Source: Tubiluchus corallicola (taxonomy: Eukaryota; Animalia; Priapulida). Taken from it: 64,000 nt of DNA. The stretch covers positions 95,463 through 159,462 of the forward strand of contig JAQGDQ010000510.1 in assembly GCA_030141605.1 (NCBI GenBank), given 5' to 3'. The notes under the pieces were generated by a model. That model was not told the DNA's origin and made no database searches. It saw only the letters and a list, made by a program, of their open reading frames with translations. Numbering within the stretch: the stretch's first letter is position 1; each line of letters begins with the position of its first letter. The position numbers and the translations under genes were made by a program. Below, piece after piece: positions 14,073 through 27,151 of the stretch.

Positions 14073-15817
14073 TTAAGCTTGTAAGCTGTACGAGATGCAC
14101 GACCCTTAAGATCATAAGCTGTACGAGATGCACAACCCTCAAGATCATAAGCTGTACGAGATGCACGACCCTCAAGATCATAAGCTGTACGAGATGCACA
14201 ATCCTCAAGATCATAAGCTGTGCGAGATGCACAACCCTCAAGATCATAAGCTGTACGAGATGCACGACCCTCAAGATCATAAGCTGTGCGAGATGCACAA
14301 CCCTCAAGATCATAAGCTGTACGAGACGCACGACCCTCAAGATCATAAGCTGTGCGAGATGCACAATCCTCAAGATCATAAGCTGTACGAGATGCACGAC
14401 CCTCAAGATCATAAGCTGTGCGAGATGCACGACCCTCAAGATCATAAGCTGTGCGAGATGCACAACCCTCAAGATCATAAGCTGTGAGAGATGCACAACC
14501 CTCAAGATCATAAGCTGTACGAGATGCACGACCCTCAAGATCATAAGCTGTGCGAGATGCACAACCCTCAAGATCATAAGCTGTACGAGACGCACGACCC
14601 TCAAGATCATAAGCTGTGCGAGATGCACAATCCTCAAGATCATAAGCTGTACGAGATGCACGACCCTCAAGATCATAAGCTGTGCGAGATGCACGACCCT
14701 CAAGATCATAAGCTGTGCGAGATGCACAACCCTCAAGATCATAAGCTGTGAGAGATGCACAACCCTCAAGATCATAAGCTGTACGAGATGCACGACCCTC
14801 AAGATCATAAGCTGTGCGAGATGCACAACCCTCAAGATCATAAGCTGTACGAGATGCACAGCCCTCAAGATCATAAGCTGTGCGAGATGCACAGTCCTCA
14901 AGATCATAAGCTGTGCGAGATGCACGACCCTCAAGATCATTAGCTGTGCGAGATGCACAACCCTCAAGATCATAAGCTGTGAGAGATGCACAACCCTCAA
15001 GATCATAAGCTGTACGAGATGCACAACCCTCAAGATCATAAGCTGTGCGAGATGCACAACCCTCAAGATCATAAGCTGTGCGAGATGCACGACCCTCAAG
15101 ATCATAAGCTGTGCGAGATGCACGACCCTCAAGATCATAAGCTGTGCGAGATGCACAGTCCTCAAGATCATAAGCTGTGCGAGATGCACGACCCTCAAGA
15201 TCATTAGCTGTGCGAGATGCACAACCCTCAAGATCATAAGCTGTGAGAGATGCACAACCCTCAAGATCATAAGCTGTACGAGATGCACAACCCTCAAGAT
15301 CATAAGCTGTGCGAGATGCACGACCCTCAAGATCATAAGCTGTGCGAGATGCACGACCCTCAAGATCATAAGCTGTGCGAGATGCACGACCCTCAAGATC
15401 ATAAGCTGTGCGAGATGCACAATCCTCAAGATCATAAGCTGTGCCAGATGCACAACCCTCAAGATCATAAGCTGTGCGAAATGCACGACCCTCAAGATCA
15501 TAAGCTGTGCCAGATGCACAACCCTCAAGATCATAAGCTGTGCGAGATGCACGACCCTCAAGATCATAAGCTGTGCCAGATGCACAATCCTCAAGATCAT
15601 AAGCTGTGCGAGATGCACGACCCTCAAGATCATAAGCTGTGCCAGATGCACAACCCTCAAGATCATAAGCTGCACGTGATGCACGACCCTCAAGATCATA
15701 AGCTGTGCCAGATGCACAACCCTCAAGATCGTAAGCTGTGCGAGATGCACGACCCTCAAGATCATAAGCTGTGCGAGATGCACAACCCTCAAGATCATAA
15801 GCTCTGTCAGATGCACA
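14073..15817. repeat. 33-bp minisatellite, ~52-53 copies
   Basis: Unit CTCAAGATCATAAGCTGTGCGAGATGCAC(G/A)ACC is repeated tandemly with few variants. It explains the 554-aa and 583-aa repetitive ORFs. Confidence 0.97.
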
Positions 15818-17165
15818 AAGCTAAATCACTAAATTTTGGAGGACTTGACAAATTCTCTATTGCTTCTCCAATACTTTGATGTAATAAATTGTTCTGTACT
15901 TTTGCAGCTCCTTAGATAAATTATTCCATTAGATAAATATATTGATTTTACTAGGGCATCGAATAGGAGGTAGTAGACAGAAAACAACTTCGTACAGTAC
16001 ATGACTGTTATTGAATGGACAGCTAAGTTTGCAAAAATTATTAAAATGATTATGAGAATTCAAGACTCTCATACTCTGGTGCACACCTGCACAATAACCT
16101 AGAGCTAAGAGCTAAGGTTCACAGCAGCTGAGGACCAGTTGAAAAAGCATTGCTTAGTACTATTTTAATTTAAATTACATTTTAAACTGTTGTGTCATTT
16201 TTAAATTCTTTTTAAGCTTTTAGATCTTATTAAAAACACTGTTAAGCAATGATAATTTTAAACAATTAATTTTTCTTAATTGGGTGTGAATTTCATTAGT
16301 ATTTTTAAATTTTAGTGTTTTTTACTTCTAATACTAAATGTCGTTTCGCCAATCTAGTTTTCCTGTATTTAGTAAATAATTTTAGTGGTATTTAATTTTT
16401 AAACTCGTGAATTTTTAAACATAATTTTCCTTTATGAATTTTCAAATTATGCCTTTTATTAGCCTTATTTTCTGACACTTATTAACAAATTAAAATTCCT
16501 AATTCTTAATTTCTATGGCTTTTTAATGTAAATGTTAATTTAATTTAATGTATGTAATTAATGTGAAATTTTTATTTATTTAATTTTACTTATTTGAAAT
16601 TATCTATTTAATGTACTAATTATACGTGGACCATCGTGGAGATTTTGTATTATAGGCAATTTTCATGTAAATCAATGTAAAAATAAATTTCTTCTTAGCA
16701 AAAGGTTTTATACCTCAATTATAGACCAATTATAGACCATCGTAGACTCAACAATTTTTAAAGTTCGCACGAATTATGAAACTTTTGTTAACCAATGGCC
16801 ACAAGCTTTTGTTTTTGCTTGGGATTTCGATTCAGAATTAGCTTCTGTTTGAACTATCTCTTAGCGATAGAGACTTTCAAATGTTTCACCAGGTACAAAA
16901 AAAACATAATTAAAATGAAGACAGTGACGTTCTTCTGATACAAATTTGTTACGTGGCTTTGGTAATTAACGACAAAACTTAACATTAGTGTCTACTTTGA
17001 TGAAAACTGTAAAAAGCGTGTGATTATGATAAAAACAAGCTTCACAATTAATATTTCTGTTAGTATGACATAGTACTAACATCATCAGAGAGATTGCCTT
17101 ATTAATACATCTGGACTTTGTAAATTGTAATTTTTTTAGCTCTTTGCATAAATTTTGTGCTGAAG

Positions 17166-17450
17166 ATGATCATTTGGATAACTATCACGATAGTCATCTT
17201 GACTTACAACAATCCCGGCTCTTCCAAACAAAGTGAACATCAAGTGGAACTTCTAATGTTTTTCAATAATGCTCAAAATCAAACCAAAGTTCGGGCAAAC
17301 CTTTACCAATGTATGACGTCCATGACACGTCACGCTACGGGAGCCATAAAGCTGCATTTTATGGGAGACAACAAGAGCCTGATAATCGCGACTAACATCG
17401 TGAAAGAGGTGTTGCACACGACATCCCACTCACCGTCTTTACAATACGAG
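17166..17450 (+). CDS. XXYLT1: XXYLT1-like GT8 glycosyltransferase, coding exon 1 (signal/TM anchor + N-terminal domain)
   Basis: MIIWITITIVILTY hydrophobic anchor, then LLMFFNNA and IKLHFMGD. Donor GAG|GTAATG at 17451 (phase 0). The start codon is uncertain; there is an upstream acceptor at 17138-17139. Confidence 0.8.
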
Positions 17451-17984
17451 GTAATGATGCTCTACTGTCATAGCTGAAGAAGCTTGTTTAGTAAACAATG
17501 TGAACTTTAAATTTCACAGAAAGCTGATTTTATTGCAAAAATTCTTACACTGGTAATCGTAATCGTTAATTTATGAGTACGCAGTCGTGCAGTGCAAATA
17601 TAATATTAATTATATGGCATGTCAGATAATAAGTATATGATTCCCATCCATTTTAAATGAACCATTATCCATTTTAATTCAAATTGAAATTCTTCTAGAG
17701 TATTAGCGTTAACTAAGCGTTAACTAACATTATTATGTTAATGCGCCGTGTGCAATGATAAATACATTTATAAGAGTAGATTGACTTTTCTTGACTTTTC
17801 TTTGTCTTTGTATTATGAAGCTAGGTAAAAACATCCATTTTACTCCCCTTTTTAAAGGGGTAAAACACGTGTATTAAATAAATTTTGGTGAGAACTAAAA
17901 TGAATAGCTTCACTGCGAGACTGATCTTCGGAGAAATTTTTTGTACTTTCAGATAAGAACTTTATTTTTTGTTTCTCATTTTAG

Positions 17985-18671
17985 ATTGATCTGCACGACG
18001 TGTGGGACGTCATAAATGACGTCACTGACGACGTCAGGTACTTGCAAGAAATTTTCAAGAGTCGCCTCCGTCACCACACGCTTTTCGATGATTATTACTA
18101 CTTTGTTCCGTTTGTTATTCACAAAATACTCAATGTAAAAAAAGTTATAAAGATTGACATTGACACCATACTATTGGCAGATATTCGGCTATTGTGGCAA
18201 TATTTCTATACTTTTGACAGTCAAATGCTCTTTGGTCTAGTCCCTGAACAGCAGCCTACGTATTTTAAGCAATTTCTCCAATACAGACACTACGCTGGAG
18301 ATGATACAGTGGGAACACCACCCCCTTATGGCCATCCAGGCTTCAATGGAGGTCTGTACTTGATATATGTAGCTCGGATGGCCAAGTCTGACGTTTACCA
18401 ACGTGCCATTCGAGAAGAAAACCTCAGGTCACTGATGGACAAATATTTCTTTCAAATGCCACATTTGGGAGATCAGGACATTTTTACATTGCTGAGCTTT
18501 CAATATCCGGAATTATTTCTTTCCCTGCCTTGTTGGTGGAATAGGCAACTGTGTCGAATATATGCAAGGCAGAAATGGGTTACGTCAGCTCTGTTCAATA
18601 TGTACTACAGATGCAATAAACGCATCATGCTGTACCATGGTAACTGTAATACAGTACTTCTGCCATCTTGA
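17985..18671 (+). CDS. XXYLT1: XXYLT1-like GT8 glycosyltransferase, catalytic terminal exon
   Basis: Acceptor ttttAG at 17983-17984, in frame with exon 1 (joined ~323 aa). DxD (IDIDT), EQQPTY, GTPPPYGHPGFNGG, HLGDQDIFT, LPCWWNRQLC and YHGNCNT are XXYLT1 hallmark motifs. This is a family assignment; orthology is not shown. Confidence 0.92.
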   Translation: MDLHDVWDVINDVTDDVRYLQEIFKSRLRHHTLFDDYYYFVPFVIHKILNVKKVIKIDIDTILLADIRLLWQYFYTFDSQMLFGLVPEQQPTYFKQFLQYRHYAGDDTVGTPPPYGHPGFNGGLYLIYVARMAKSDVYQRAIREENLRSLMDKYFFQMPHLGDQDIFTLLSFQYPELFLSLPCWWNRQLCRIYARQKWVTSALFNMYYRCNKRIMLYHGNCNTVLLPS

Positions 18672-18809
18672 CATTGGTCACATCAGTTCTGTTTGACATG
18701 TACCACAGCTGTATAAACGCATTATGCTGTATCTTATATATATATGTATCAATCTATCAATCAATCATTGTCCAATATTACCCCATTTTATCCTATACCT
18801 ACACGCACC

Positions 18810-18897
18810 AGACACACACACACACACACACGCACGCACACACACACATATGTATATACATATATATATTGCAAAACGATATATATACATATATATA
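18810..18897. repeat. (CA)n/(TA)n microsatellite
   Basis: Directly visible. Confidence 0.9.
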
Positions 18898-20489
18898 AGG
18901 TACAATGATTGATTGATTGATCAGTTTATTTCAGCAAAAAGCAATATACTAACATATCAAGTATGCGTGTGTTTGTCCCGGACTGCGTGATTTTGACCTT
19001 TGACACCTGCGGGGTGCCCGATCCCCTCATTTTTTTCAAATAATCCATTCCTAACCCTAGCTGCAAACCTAACACCCTTCGAGTAATGGAACTGTTCAAA
19101 CCCCCTGCAAATAAATCCAACCATAACCCTAACTAAATGAAAATTTACCTTAAGTGAGATTCCAACCGCCAATCGATTGCGTGGCCCTCCTCCTTACTCC
19201 CTAAGCCATGCCGTCTTTGATTGGTTTGCATGTGTTAAATGTGGTATAAGTGTTGTAGGTTCTTTGCGCATGCGTGGCTGCTATAACCCTAACTTGTTAT
19301 AAAATGTGAACGTTGGTTTGCGCATGTGCAGTTGCTCTAAGATTGTGTAATGATCTTATGCAATTGCTTTTATGATTGCGTAATACACGAAGACATGCAC
19401 GTTAGAGCACGCTGTTTATTCGTCAACACGTGCTCTTTAATTAAGCTTTGCAGGGAAAATTTGATTTAGAGAGAGAGAGAGATTAAAACACTTCTCCAAA
19501 CACCAAAATCACATTTTCATAAGTATTTACTATTCGAGTACAAATGAATTCTACATTTGATTATTATTCTACAATTCTACAATTATTAAAATTCTACACA
19601 TTTGATTATACAATTATATATATATATATTCGTTTATGTAATAAGAAATAATTAATTCTACAGTTACATATGACAGTCGTTAAGCAGGCAAGCAAACATT
19701 ATTTTTCTCGTATGCAAAATCTTTAAATTTTAGAAAAGAATGCAAGAAATCTCCTAACTCTGCTCCCCCATCATTATTATGCTTCCAGTGTGGAAAACAT
19801 TTAACGTGATCTGTCCACATTTCCAAGTTAATTTGGGAAGAAGTTCTACTTCGTAAAACACTTCATTAAAACAATGTGGTAACTTTACGAGTTCTCGATA
19901 AAGTGGAGGTAGGTTCAGTCTGCAGGGAAGTTTAGCACTGGTGGTAACGGTTCAAACTATTGCAGGTGCAGGGGGTGTCAGTCTGTGATGTTCGATAATG
20001 GCATTTTCTAGCTTTCGTTTTTGAGAAAAACCGTTAATCAATGCCTATCCGGAGGCGAAAATCATCAACGTGCCACCCCTCGCTTCAGCAGAAGCATTTG
20101 CAGTCTCTGTGTGTAGTGTTGTAGCAGCTTCAAATCGAAACGCTGGCGACGACGTTGACTGTTCTGATCGTAAAATTAGTAGATAGTTGACCACAGTTTC
20201 GGCTGCCCGGATCGCTCTGCCTCGTCCGTTGCTCTGCCATTGTATGGCCGGCGGTACTCGTTCGTTTTGTAGATCATCTATGCGTATTACTACGCGATTT
20301 TTGGGATGATATCTGCATCTCCCATGTCAACAAAAATCTTGGCAACCAAAACATTATTAAGGGGACTCTTTGAAAAAAGGCTTATTTCATCCTCGATATT
20401 CCTGTAACATGGAAAAAAGGAAGCAGATGATGATGATGAGGATGGCGAGTACCCTAAAGCAGCGAAAATACATAGACAAATTGTATGTA

Positions 20490-20494
<5 letters not shown>

Positions 20495-20587
<93 letters not shown>

Positions 20588-20592
20588 TGTGT
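20495..20592. repeat. (GT)n microsatellite
   Basis: Directly visible. Confidence 0.97.
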
Positions 20593-21548
20593 AGTTTTTG
20601 TTCAGCTACATATGATAACGCCACATTATTTTTAAAATTTCATAATGACCGTCGGTTACTCTTGTCATTGTCTCTTGTTATTGTTATAGGAGTGGCATCG
20701 ATTATCTTACTGTCACTTTAAGAACAACAATAAACAATGACAAAAGCATATAGGTAGAAGGTGCCTCTCTATTTTGACAAGGCAGCAGATGATCGTGGAA
20801 ATGTAGCATGATTGGCAAACATCTTGCAGTATTATGAGAGAACTGAAAGTTCAGACGCTAGTCAAGCAATTATAATCATGCACGATTCTTAGCCTGAACC
20901 TTCAATTATTTTCATTACAAATTCGTGTATACTTGCTGCTGCTGTTGCTGTTGATAATGTCCAACATTGCATTCTGAATTACTTCATCACGTACTTAAGC
21001 TATTAACATGCCTTCCAATTTAAATGGAAAGTTACAGTAAATTAGTTTAAAATAGAAATGATAAACCCGAAAGTTAAGAGCTAATTCCTACTGCAGTATT
21101 GCCATAATAAAATGCAGAACTGACGGAAAGGCAGTCAGACATGCAAACGCACTAATACGAAAGTACGACTAACTAATTTGGGCAAACCTGCAAAGTGCCT
21201 GGTCCCAATCAGATCACCTGAATGAAACTCTCTAGGCTCACTTTCTGGTCGAGATGTTGTCTGTTTACCCACAACCTTATCATCTAATGCTGGATAAATC
21301 AAATCAAATTTTCAACTAGTTGACAATGTTTGTGACGTAGTCAGAAACTGAAGATTTTGCAAACAATAATTGTAAAATTCAGCCATAAAAATGAAGAGAC
21401 GATTGCCTTTTTTGAAAGTGCTTATTTTTTTGAATTGCTTGAAGACATGGAAAGTGTGTTTCACAATAAAACCTCAGCATTTAACTGTTCAGTCCATCAC
21501 CCACAGGTCAAAGGTCAATAATCTTGGCATAACTTATATCATTCAGTT

Positions 21549-21825
21549 TGTCTCATTGAGACCTTTCATTTCATATACAACAACTTACTTTTGGTAGACA
21601 CGGTACTATTCGTAGACACTAGATGCATTTCTGTTCCCGACCACCATTTTTCGGTTTTTTGCCCCCTAGCGGGGTCGCGGGTTAGCTATACTCATCGTAA
21701 AATTTGCCTTTCGACTCATCGAGACCTTTCATATGATATGAAACTACACCACTACTACCACGGTACTATTCTAAACACTCAATGCATTTCTGTTCCCAAT
21801 CCCCATTTTCTAGTTTTTGCCTAAT
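21549..21825. repeat. Internal direct repeat, probably within a non-autonomous transposon-like element
   Basis: ctcat(t/c)gagacctttcat...cacggtactatt...atgcatttctgttccc...ccattttc occurs twice about 165 bp apart. Confidence 0.6.
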
Positions 21826-23829
21826 AGCGGAAAAGCAACCCTCTCCAAATCACCCATTTTTCTCAATATCCAAAAACTAGGCCACGCCTAACCATATGCC
21901 AAATATTGCCGCCCTAGCTAAAAAACTGTGGGAGCAGATGGATCCTAGAGAAAAATAAATGAAGACCCGACCGCTCTGTGACTATCTGGCAACTCGAGTC
22001 ACGTGTATACGTATATAACTTTGGCCAGAGAGCATATACTGTGAGGTTTGTGTCCCTAGCACTCAGCGTGTAAAAGGTCACAAATTGGGAACCCCAAATT
22101 TTGTATTTTGGCCCCTCACTCGGGCGTTTAAAGCTTGTCAGCCTTTTAAAACCCCAGGTGCACACCTGCCCCAAAATATTTGTGAAAACAAATTTTAAAA
22201 AACGAAAGTTCTAGGAGGAGTTGAATTCTAAAGGAAAAATTGACCAACGCCCTCTATCCTTTCCCCTTGACCAACCCTGCGAGTTTGGTTACCCTAGCTT
22301 GCAAATCTTAGGAGTTATTAAGCGTTAAAGTGGCGGAGAGTAAATAATAAATAACTCTGCTATACGAAAATTTTTGAGTACTTCTCTTTGTGAGCAGTTC
22401 TAAAGCACACTGCCCCATTGTAGTTTGAAGTGGCAGACGATAGTTCACGAAAAACCGACTGGACCATCGTAATCAACGTGGATTCTGAACCACAGTTTCT
22501 ATGACCATTCGCAAGCATGTAACTGCGCCATACTGGGAATATTGAAAAGCTGTAAACAGGTAGTACAAGTTCTAAATGCATACCAGACCGCTGCAGATGA
22601 CTAGTGCTTTTATTCGTGCAAAACCCGAATGATTCTCACGTACCATATTCAACAGCACATCTCTACCCTGATATGAGGCTGCACTGACAACTCATTTCTT
22701 TACCTGTAGCAAGGAGCATACTCATCTCCCAAAACAGGTGGCCACCATTACAGTGTGAAGCGTAAAACTTGGGATAGACTTAGATCCATTTCTGTCCATT
22801 TGCAAAAAAAATTGTGGAGGTCACAGGCGTGTTGTTGATTGTGGATTAAGCCAGTGTGACACTGGAACTGAAAAAAGCACAATTTATATAATCAAACAAA
22901 TGGGATGAGTTGGCAAAAACATCAGTTATCGAATCAGCCACCCCAAACTGAGTATTAAATTATGTATATATATATATATGTATGTATGCATGTATGCATG
23001 TATGTATGAACTGTAGCGATTTAAGAAAAGAATTTAAAATATATTCTATCTGCCTAATTATTTCATTGTTTTGTATAATATGAATTACTATATATAAAAT
23101 TAATATCACCAAGTTTGTCAGTTTCGCTGTTTGCACGATCAAAAACTGAGAAGCAAGAATAAACTGATCGTCGAAACGCCCCTAAATTGTTTGAACCTGA
23201 GTGATCTTTTAATTACTGAATGAGTGCGCATTAGAATTAGGGATGCAAATGCGTTCAGAGAAACATACAGGTTGTCCATCAATGTTACCTGACACTAAGT
23301 TAAGATTTTTCCAAGTGTTGCACGGGATACACTTTTTTGCCATATAGCGAACAGGGGATGTACTACATTTAAACTCCAGAACATCCAAATATATTTAATA
23401 TGCAGCAATGTCGTTTTATCTGTAATAATAAATTACAGCAATAAGGCTTTAGCAAAAAACATAAGTTTGATGAAAATGTTTAAAGCAAAAATAATTAAAA
23501 AATCAAAGTTCTCTAAAGTATAAAAACTGTTGCAGTTGAATGCTCACCATAATTAAACGAAAAGATATTTTTTACGTTACCACAATAGGCCTAATACAAA
23601 TGTTTCTGTTATTGGGTTATTAAGGGGTTATTATAGGGTTTTTCTCTGAAGTATTTCCTGCTTCTTGTTTTTGTACAAACAATCGCCATTAGGACAATGA
23701 CTTAGTAATTGCTTCTACCCAGCGGTACCTCATGAAATGCCACCTAGTTAAAAAACTTAATGATTCAGTGAAGCGTTTGCTGTTGAGAGAACGGTAACGA
23801 GAAAGCTGACTCAGTGTCAGCAACTTTCG

Positions 23830-24092
23830 GGCAGTCACTCAGTAAACTCTAACTAGATCAGACTCACTAGCTCACTGGCATTCACTCAGTTCATGCTCAC
23901 TAGACTCGTTGGCAGTCACTCAGTAAACTCTAACTAGATCAGACTCACTAGCTCACTGGCATTCACTCAGTTCATGCTCACTAGACTCGTTGGCAGTCAC
24001 TCAGTAAACTCTAACTAGATCAGACTCACTAGCTCACTGGCATTCACTCAGTTCATTTTCAGTAGACTCGTTGGCAGTCATTCAGTAAACTC
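23830..24092. repeat. 81-bp tandem repeat, ~3.3 copies
   Basis: GGCAGTCA(C/T)TCAGTAAACTCT... starts at 23830, 23911, 23992 and 24073. Confidence 0.95.
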
Positions 24093-24313
24093 TCTGACTA
24101 GCTCATTCTCAGTGACGATGTTTCGCCTGCACGTCAGACACAACAACATTGAAAAAAGAGAGATGGTTTTTTTGTCTTCTCAAGTACTTTTTTGCCGTAA
24201 ACAAAATAAGAAAAGATCATATCACAGAACAAATAGAGACACGTCAATTAATTTAGTTGTGAAATTAAACGTTTCTTTTAGCACGCAGGCGTACGAATGC
24301 GCACTTGAACGTG

Positions 24314-24330
24314 CACACACACATGCACAT

Positions 24331-24402
<72 letters not shown>
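24314..24402. repeat. (CA)n microsatellite
   Basis: Directly visible. Confidence 0.95.
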
Positions 24403-24403
<1 letters not shown>

Positions 24404-24931
24404 TGTGCGCGTTGCCCAGAATAATTTTTTTCAATACTTAATGTATAGGGATATTAGAAATTCTCAAATTAATTCAATACCTCCTAGACCTAACCCCGTG
24501 GAAGTTACAATTTGAACAGGGTGCAATATTTTACTTCACTTAACCCCACTTAAGTCAACAAAACTGCCGTAAGTGCAGCACATGAATCCGGGCCCAGCAA
24601 TATATTAAATACGGAACTGGAAAGATATGGGTCTATAATTACTACTCACTTTTATATCCCGATTCTTCTTTTAATTGCCTGTATTAATAATTTACAATAA
24701 TAATAATAATAATAGTTCCGAGAAGCAATGGAGTAATTGTTATTTATGGACTGAAATGAACAAGCAAATTAAATAAAATTAATATCATGTGACTTTCATG
24801 GATGGCATAAGGTGACTTTCCTTGTCCGATATTTTATAACAACATAAACTGCCTGATGGTGTGCGTTGAAGTGTTGTGCGACAAATTTAATTTTTATTAA
24901 TTTTAGATAAACACATTGTAAAATTCGTAAT

Positions 24932-25208
24932 ATGAACCCCCTTTTGCGGACAAACAAGTACAAAACTTTGTTTTTTAGCATGGCTTTCACTCTGTTTTTA
25001 ATAAACATTTTAAATATTTCAGTAAATGAGAAAATCAGTAATTCATCTAATAGACTATCGTTCTTTACCATGTGGAATATCAATAAATTGCCTGCATTTA
25101 CAATTGTCATGTTAACATACAAACGCAATGATTTGCTTAAAGAAGTACTTACTAGTTTTGCGAGTATGGACTCTGTAGAAAAGGTGATTATAGTTTGGCA
25201 CAATATTG
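24932..25208 (+). CDS. EXTL2: EXTL2-like GT64 glycosyltransferase, coding exon 1
   Basis: ATG at 24932 and type II TM (TLFFSMAFTLFLINILNISV). GT64 start FTIVMLTYKRNDLL...KVIIVWHNIG. Donor G|GTAAGT at 25209 (phase 1). Confidence 0.9.
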
Positions 25209-25759
25209 GTAAGTAAATTAGTAATTTAGTGTAATAAATAAACACAATCACAGCCTTTTGTGGCTCTTCCGATCATAGACGAGAGGAAATTGTGATGGCA
25301 AATTCTAAAGAGGCCTATTAAAATGAGTGTTAATCCTGCTTAAGTTTTCTTGCAGTTAAAAATAAAGTGGCGGTTTTTGGATGGGTATCCTTGCTGTGGA
25401 TAAATCTGTACCCAATATATACTTACAAAGCAAATAGCATAAGTTAACTTGGACGGTTTTTTTAATAATTTTTCAGCATTTTTCACATTGATAAGAGAAT
25501 TAAGCTTGGAGTACGTTCTTAATTTATTCTACAAATCACTGGCATTGAATTTAAGAACTAATAAAAACTAGGATTTTTATTTACTTCAAAGCACATATAT
25601 AATAGCTTAACCAGTCGGCTGTTGTATGAGGCCATGAAACCCATGAACACTAATCTAGGCATAAAGCTTTGGCCTACTAATTTGGCGGTTTCAAACAAGT
25701 CAACATTTGACAGAGTCATAGGAGAACGGTTAACAGTCAAGAATTAACATAAAAAATAT

Positions 25760-26270
25760 GAATGTATTTTGAAAGACCACAATGAGCAAAAAATTGAAAA
25801 ATGATTTATGAACAAGGAATCAAGATGCTCAAACAGACAACTTCAACAGTACAAACACGAGAGCAGGATGCAAGTAGAGCTGCAGATGACCTTAGGCAAT
25901 ATGGCAGGCGTGTGATTCCTCAAACAGATTTGGAAGACACCAACGAGCTAGTTCATGAATTATGTGTCCAAACTGGAGCACAGTAGGAAGCAGATGACAA
26001 GAGCACATCGCACAGTTTGCCAAAATCGAAATCTGGACCTGCATTACTGTAAAATTCTCAAACGGAAATGTTTGTGATGCCGAACAAACCATGGTTATGG
26101 CAAGTAATTTAAGATTTTCACCCACGAAGAAAATGTACATAAATGAAAGCCTTACTAAACAACAGAAGAATCTACTGCTTCACCGACGCTAATGCAGGAA
26201 ATAACTTCTGTTCATGTATGTGAGGAGCAAGTGTGGAGAAAATCATATTGTGTATATAGTATAATCGCAG
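25760..26270 (+). mobile_element. Decayed LINE ORF1-like remnant inside EXTL2-like intron 1
   Basis: DDLRQYGRR...ELVHELC, and downstream YINESLTKQQKNLL; interrupted. Confidence 0.6.
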
Positions 26271-26365
26271 CAAAACTAATTAACATTGGCAGAATGTGAT
26301 TAGGCAATTCAATCAGTGAAAAATAAGTTGGACAGACTCTAAAACGATTTTTCTTGGTGTTTTAG

Positions 26366-26491
26366 GGGAAGTGGTGCCAAATTTTCTAACTCAAATAATG
26401 GAAAGTCGAGGAAAAGAATTGATTATAATTAAGCCACAAACAAATACCCTGGCAAATCGATGGAAAATTCCATCTAAGATAATGACAGAAG
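26366..26491 (+). CDS. EXTL2: EXTL2-like, coding exon 2
   Basis: Acceptor tttAG at 26364-26365; phase 1-1. NTLANRWKIPSKIMTE matches the GT64 NSLNNRF..P..I.TE motif. Donor GTAAGC at 26492. Confidence 0.88.
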
Positions 26492-26592
26492 GTAAGCAGT
26501 ATTTCACCCTTTGTAAACTTTATATTTATGAAGAGTTTTCTTGTGCTTTAATGGACACAGCCATGTTCATTTCTATAATTTATACATTTCAG

Positions 26593-26666
26593 CTGTATTA
26601 ATTTGTGATGATGACACACTCATCGGTGAAGAAGACTTATTAAGAGCATACGGTTTATGGAAATTT
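26593..26666 (+). CDS. EXTL2: EXTL2-like, coding exon 3 (DxD motif)
   Basis: Acceptor ttcAG at 26591-26592. Encodes AVLICDDDTLIGEEDLLRAYGLWKF. Donor GTAAGT at 26667 (phase 0). Confidence 0.9.
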
Positions 26667-27151
26667 GTAAGTATGCAAACGACCAATTATGTATCTGGCA
26701 TCATAATTCTACGGCATGCGAGCGCAAATAGTGCAACTATTTCTCATGTTTGATTAACTTGCTGGCCATCGAGAAATTTCACTTTTTATACAATATTCGT
26801 TAATTTTGTTTTAATGAGTAATTTATTATAAAAGCAGCCCACAGATCTGCTAAGAGGGGTTCTTAAACTTTGTAATTTTTGTGTCAAGATAATTTGTGTG
26901 TGTATTTTCGATAAATTTATGAAGTGCTTTACGCTATTTTGTTCAGCAAATGAAGCATTTTTCTTGGGGTACTGAGGCATTTTTCTCAATTAAGTTAAAT
27001 TATTTGACTTTTTAAAACCAAAACAGCCAGAATCCTCAAATAGCTGATAAAATATCCAAATAGCTAACAAGTATATGTTATTTACGCAAATGCTGGGCAC
27101 AAACGTTTTTGTACGTTAATGATATTTGTAACGAACATGAGTTAATTTCAT

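Noticed and set aside
14015-15879. 554-aa Cys-rich and 583-aa LRR-like ORFs as real genes
   Set aside because: The 33-bp unit is a multiple of 3 and lacks stops in those frames. There is no credible unique flanking domain and no clear synonymous bias.
19050-19230. CCCTAA telomere-like motifs
   Set aside because: Scattered single copies within probable repeat elements, not a telomeric array.
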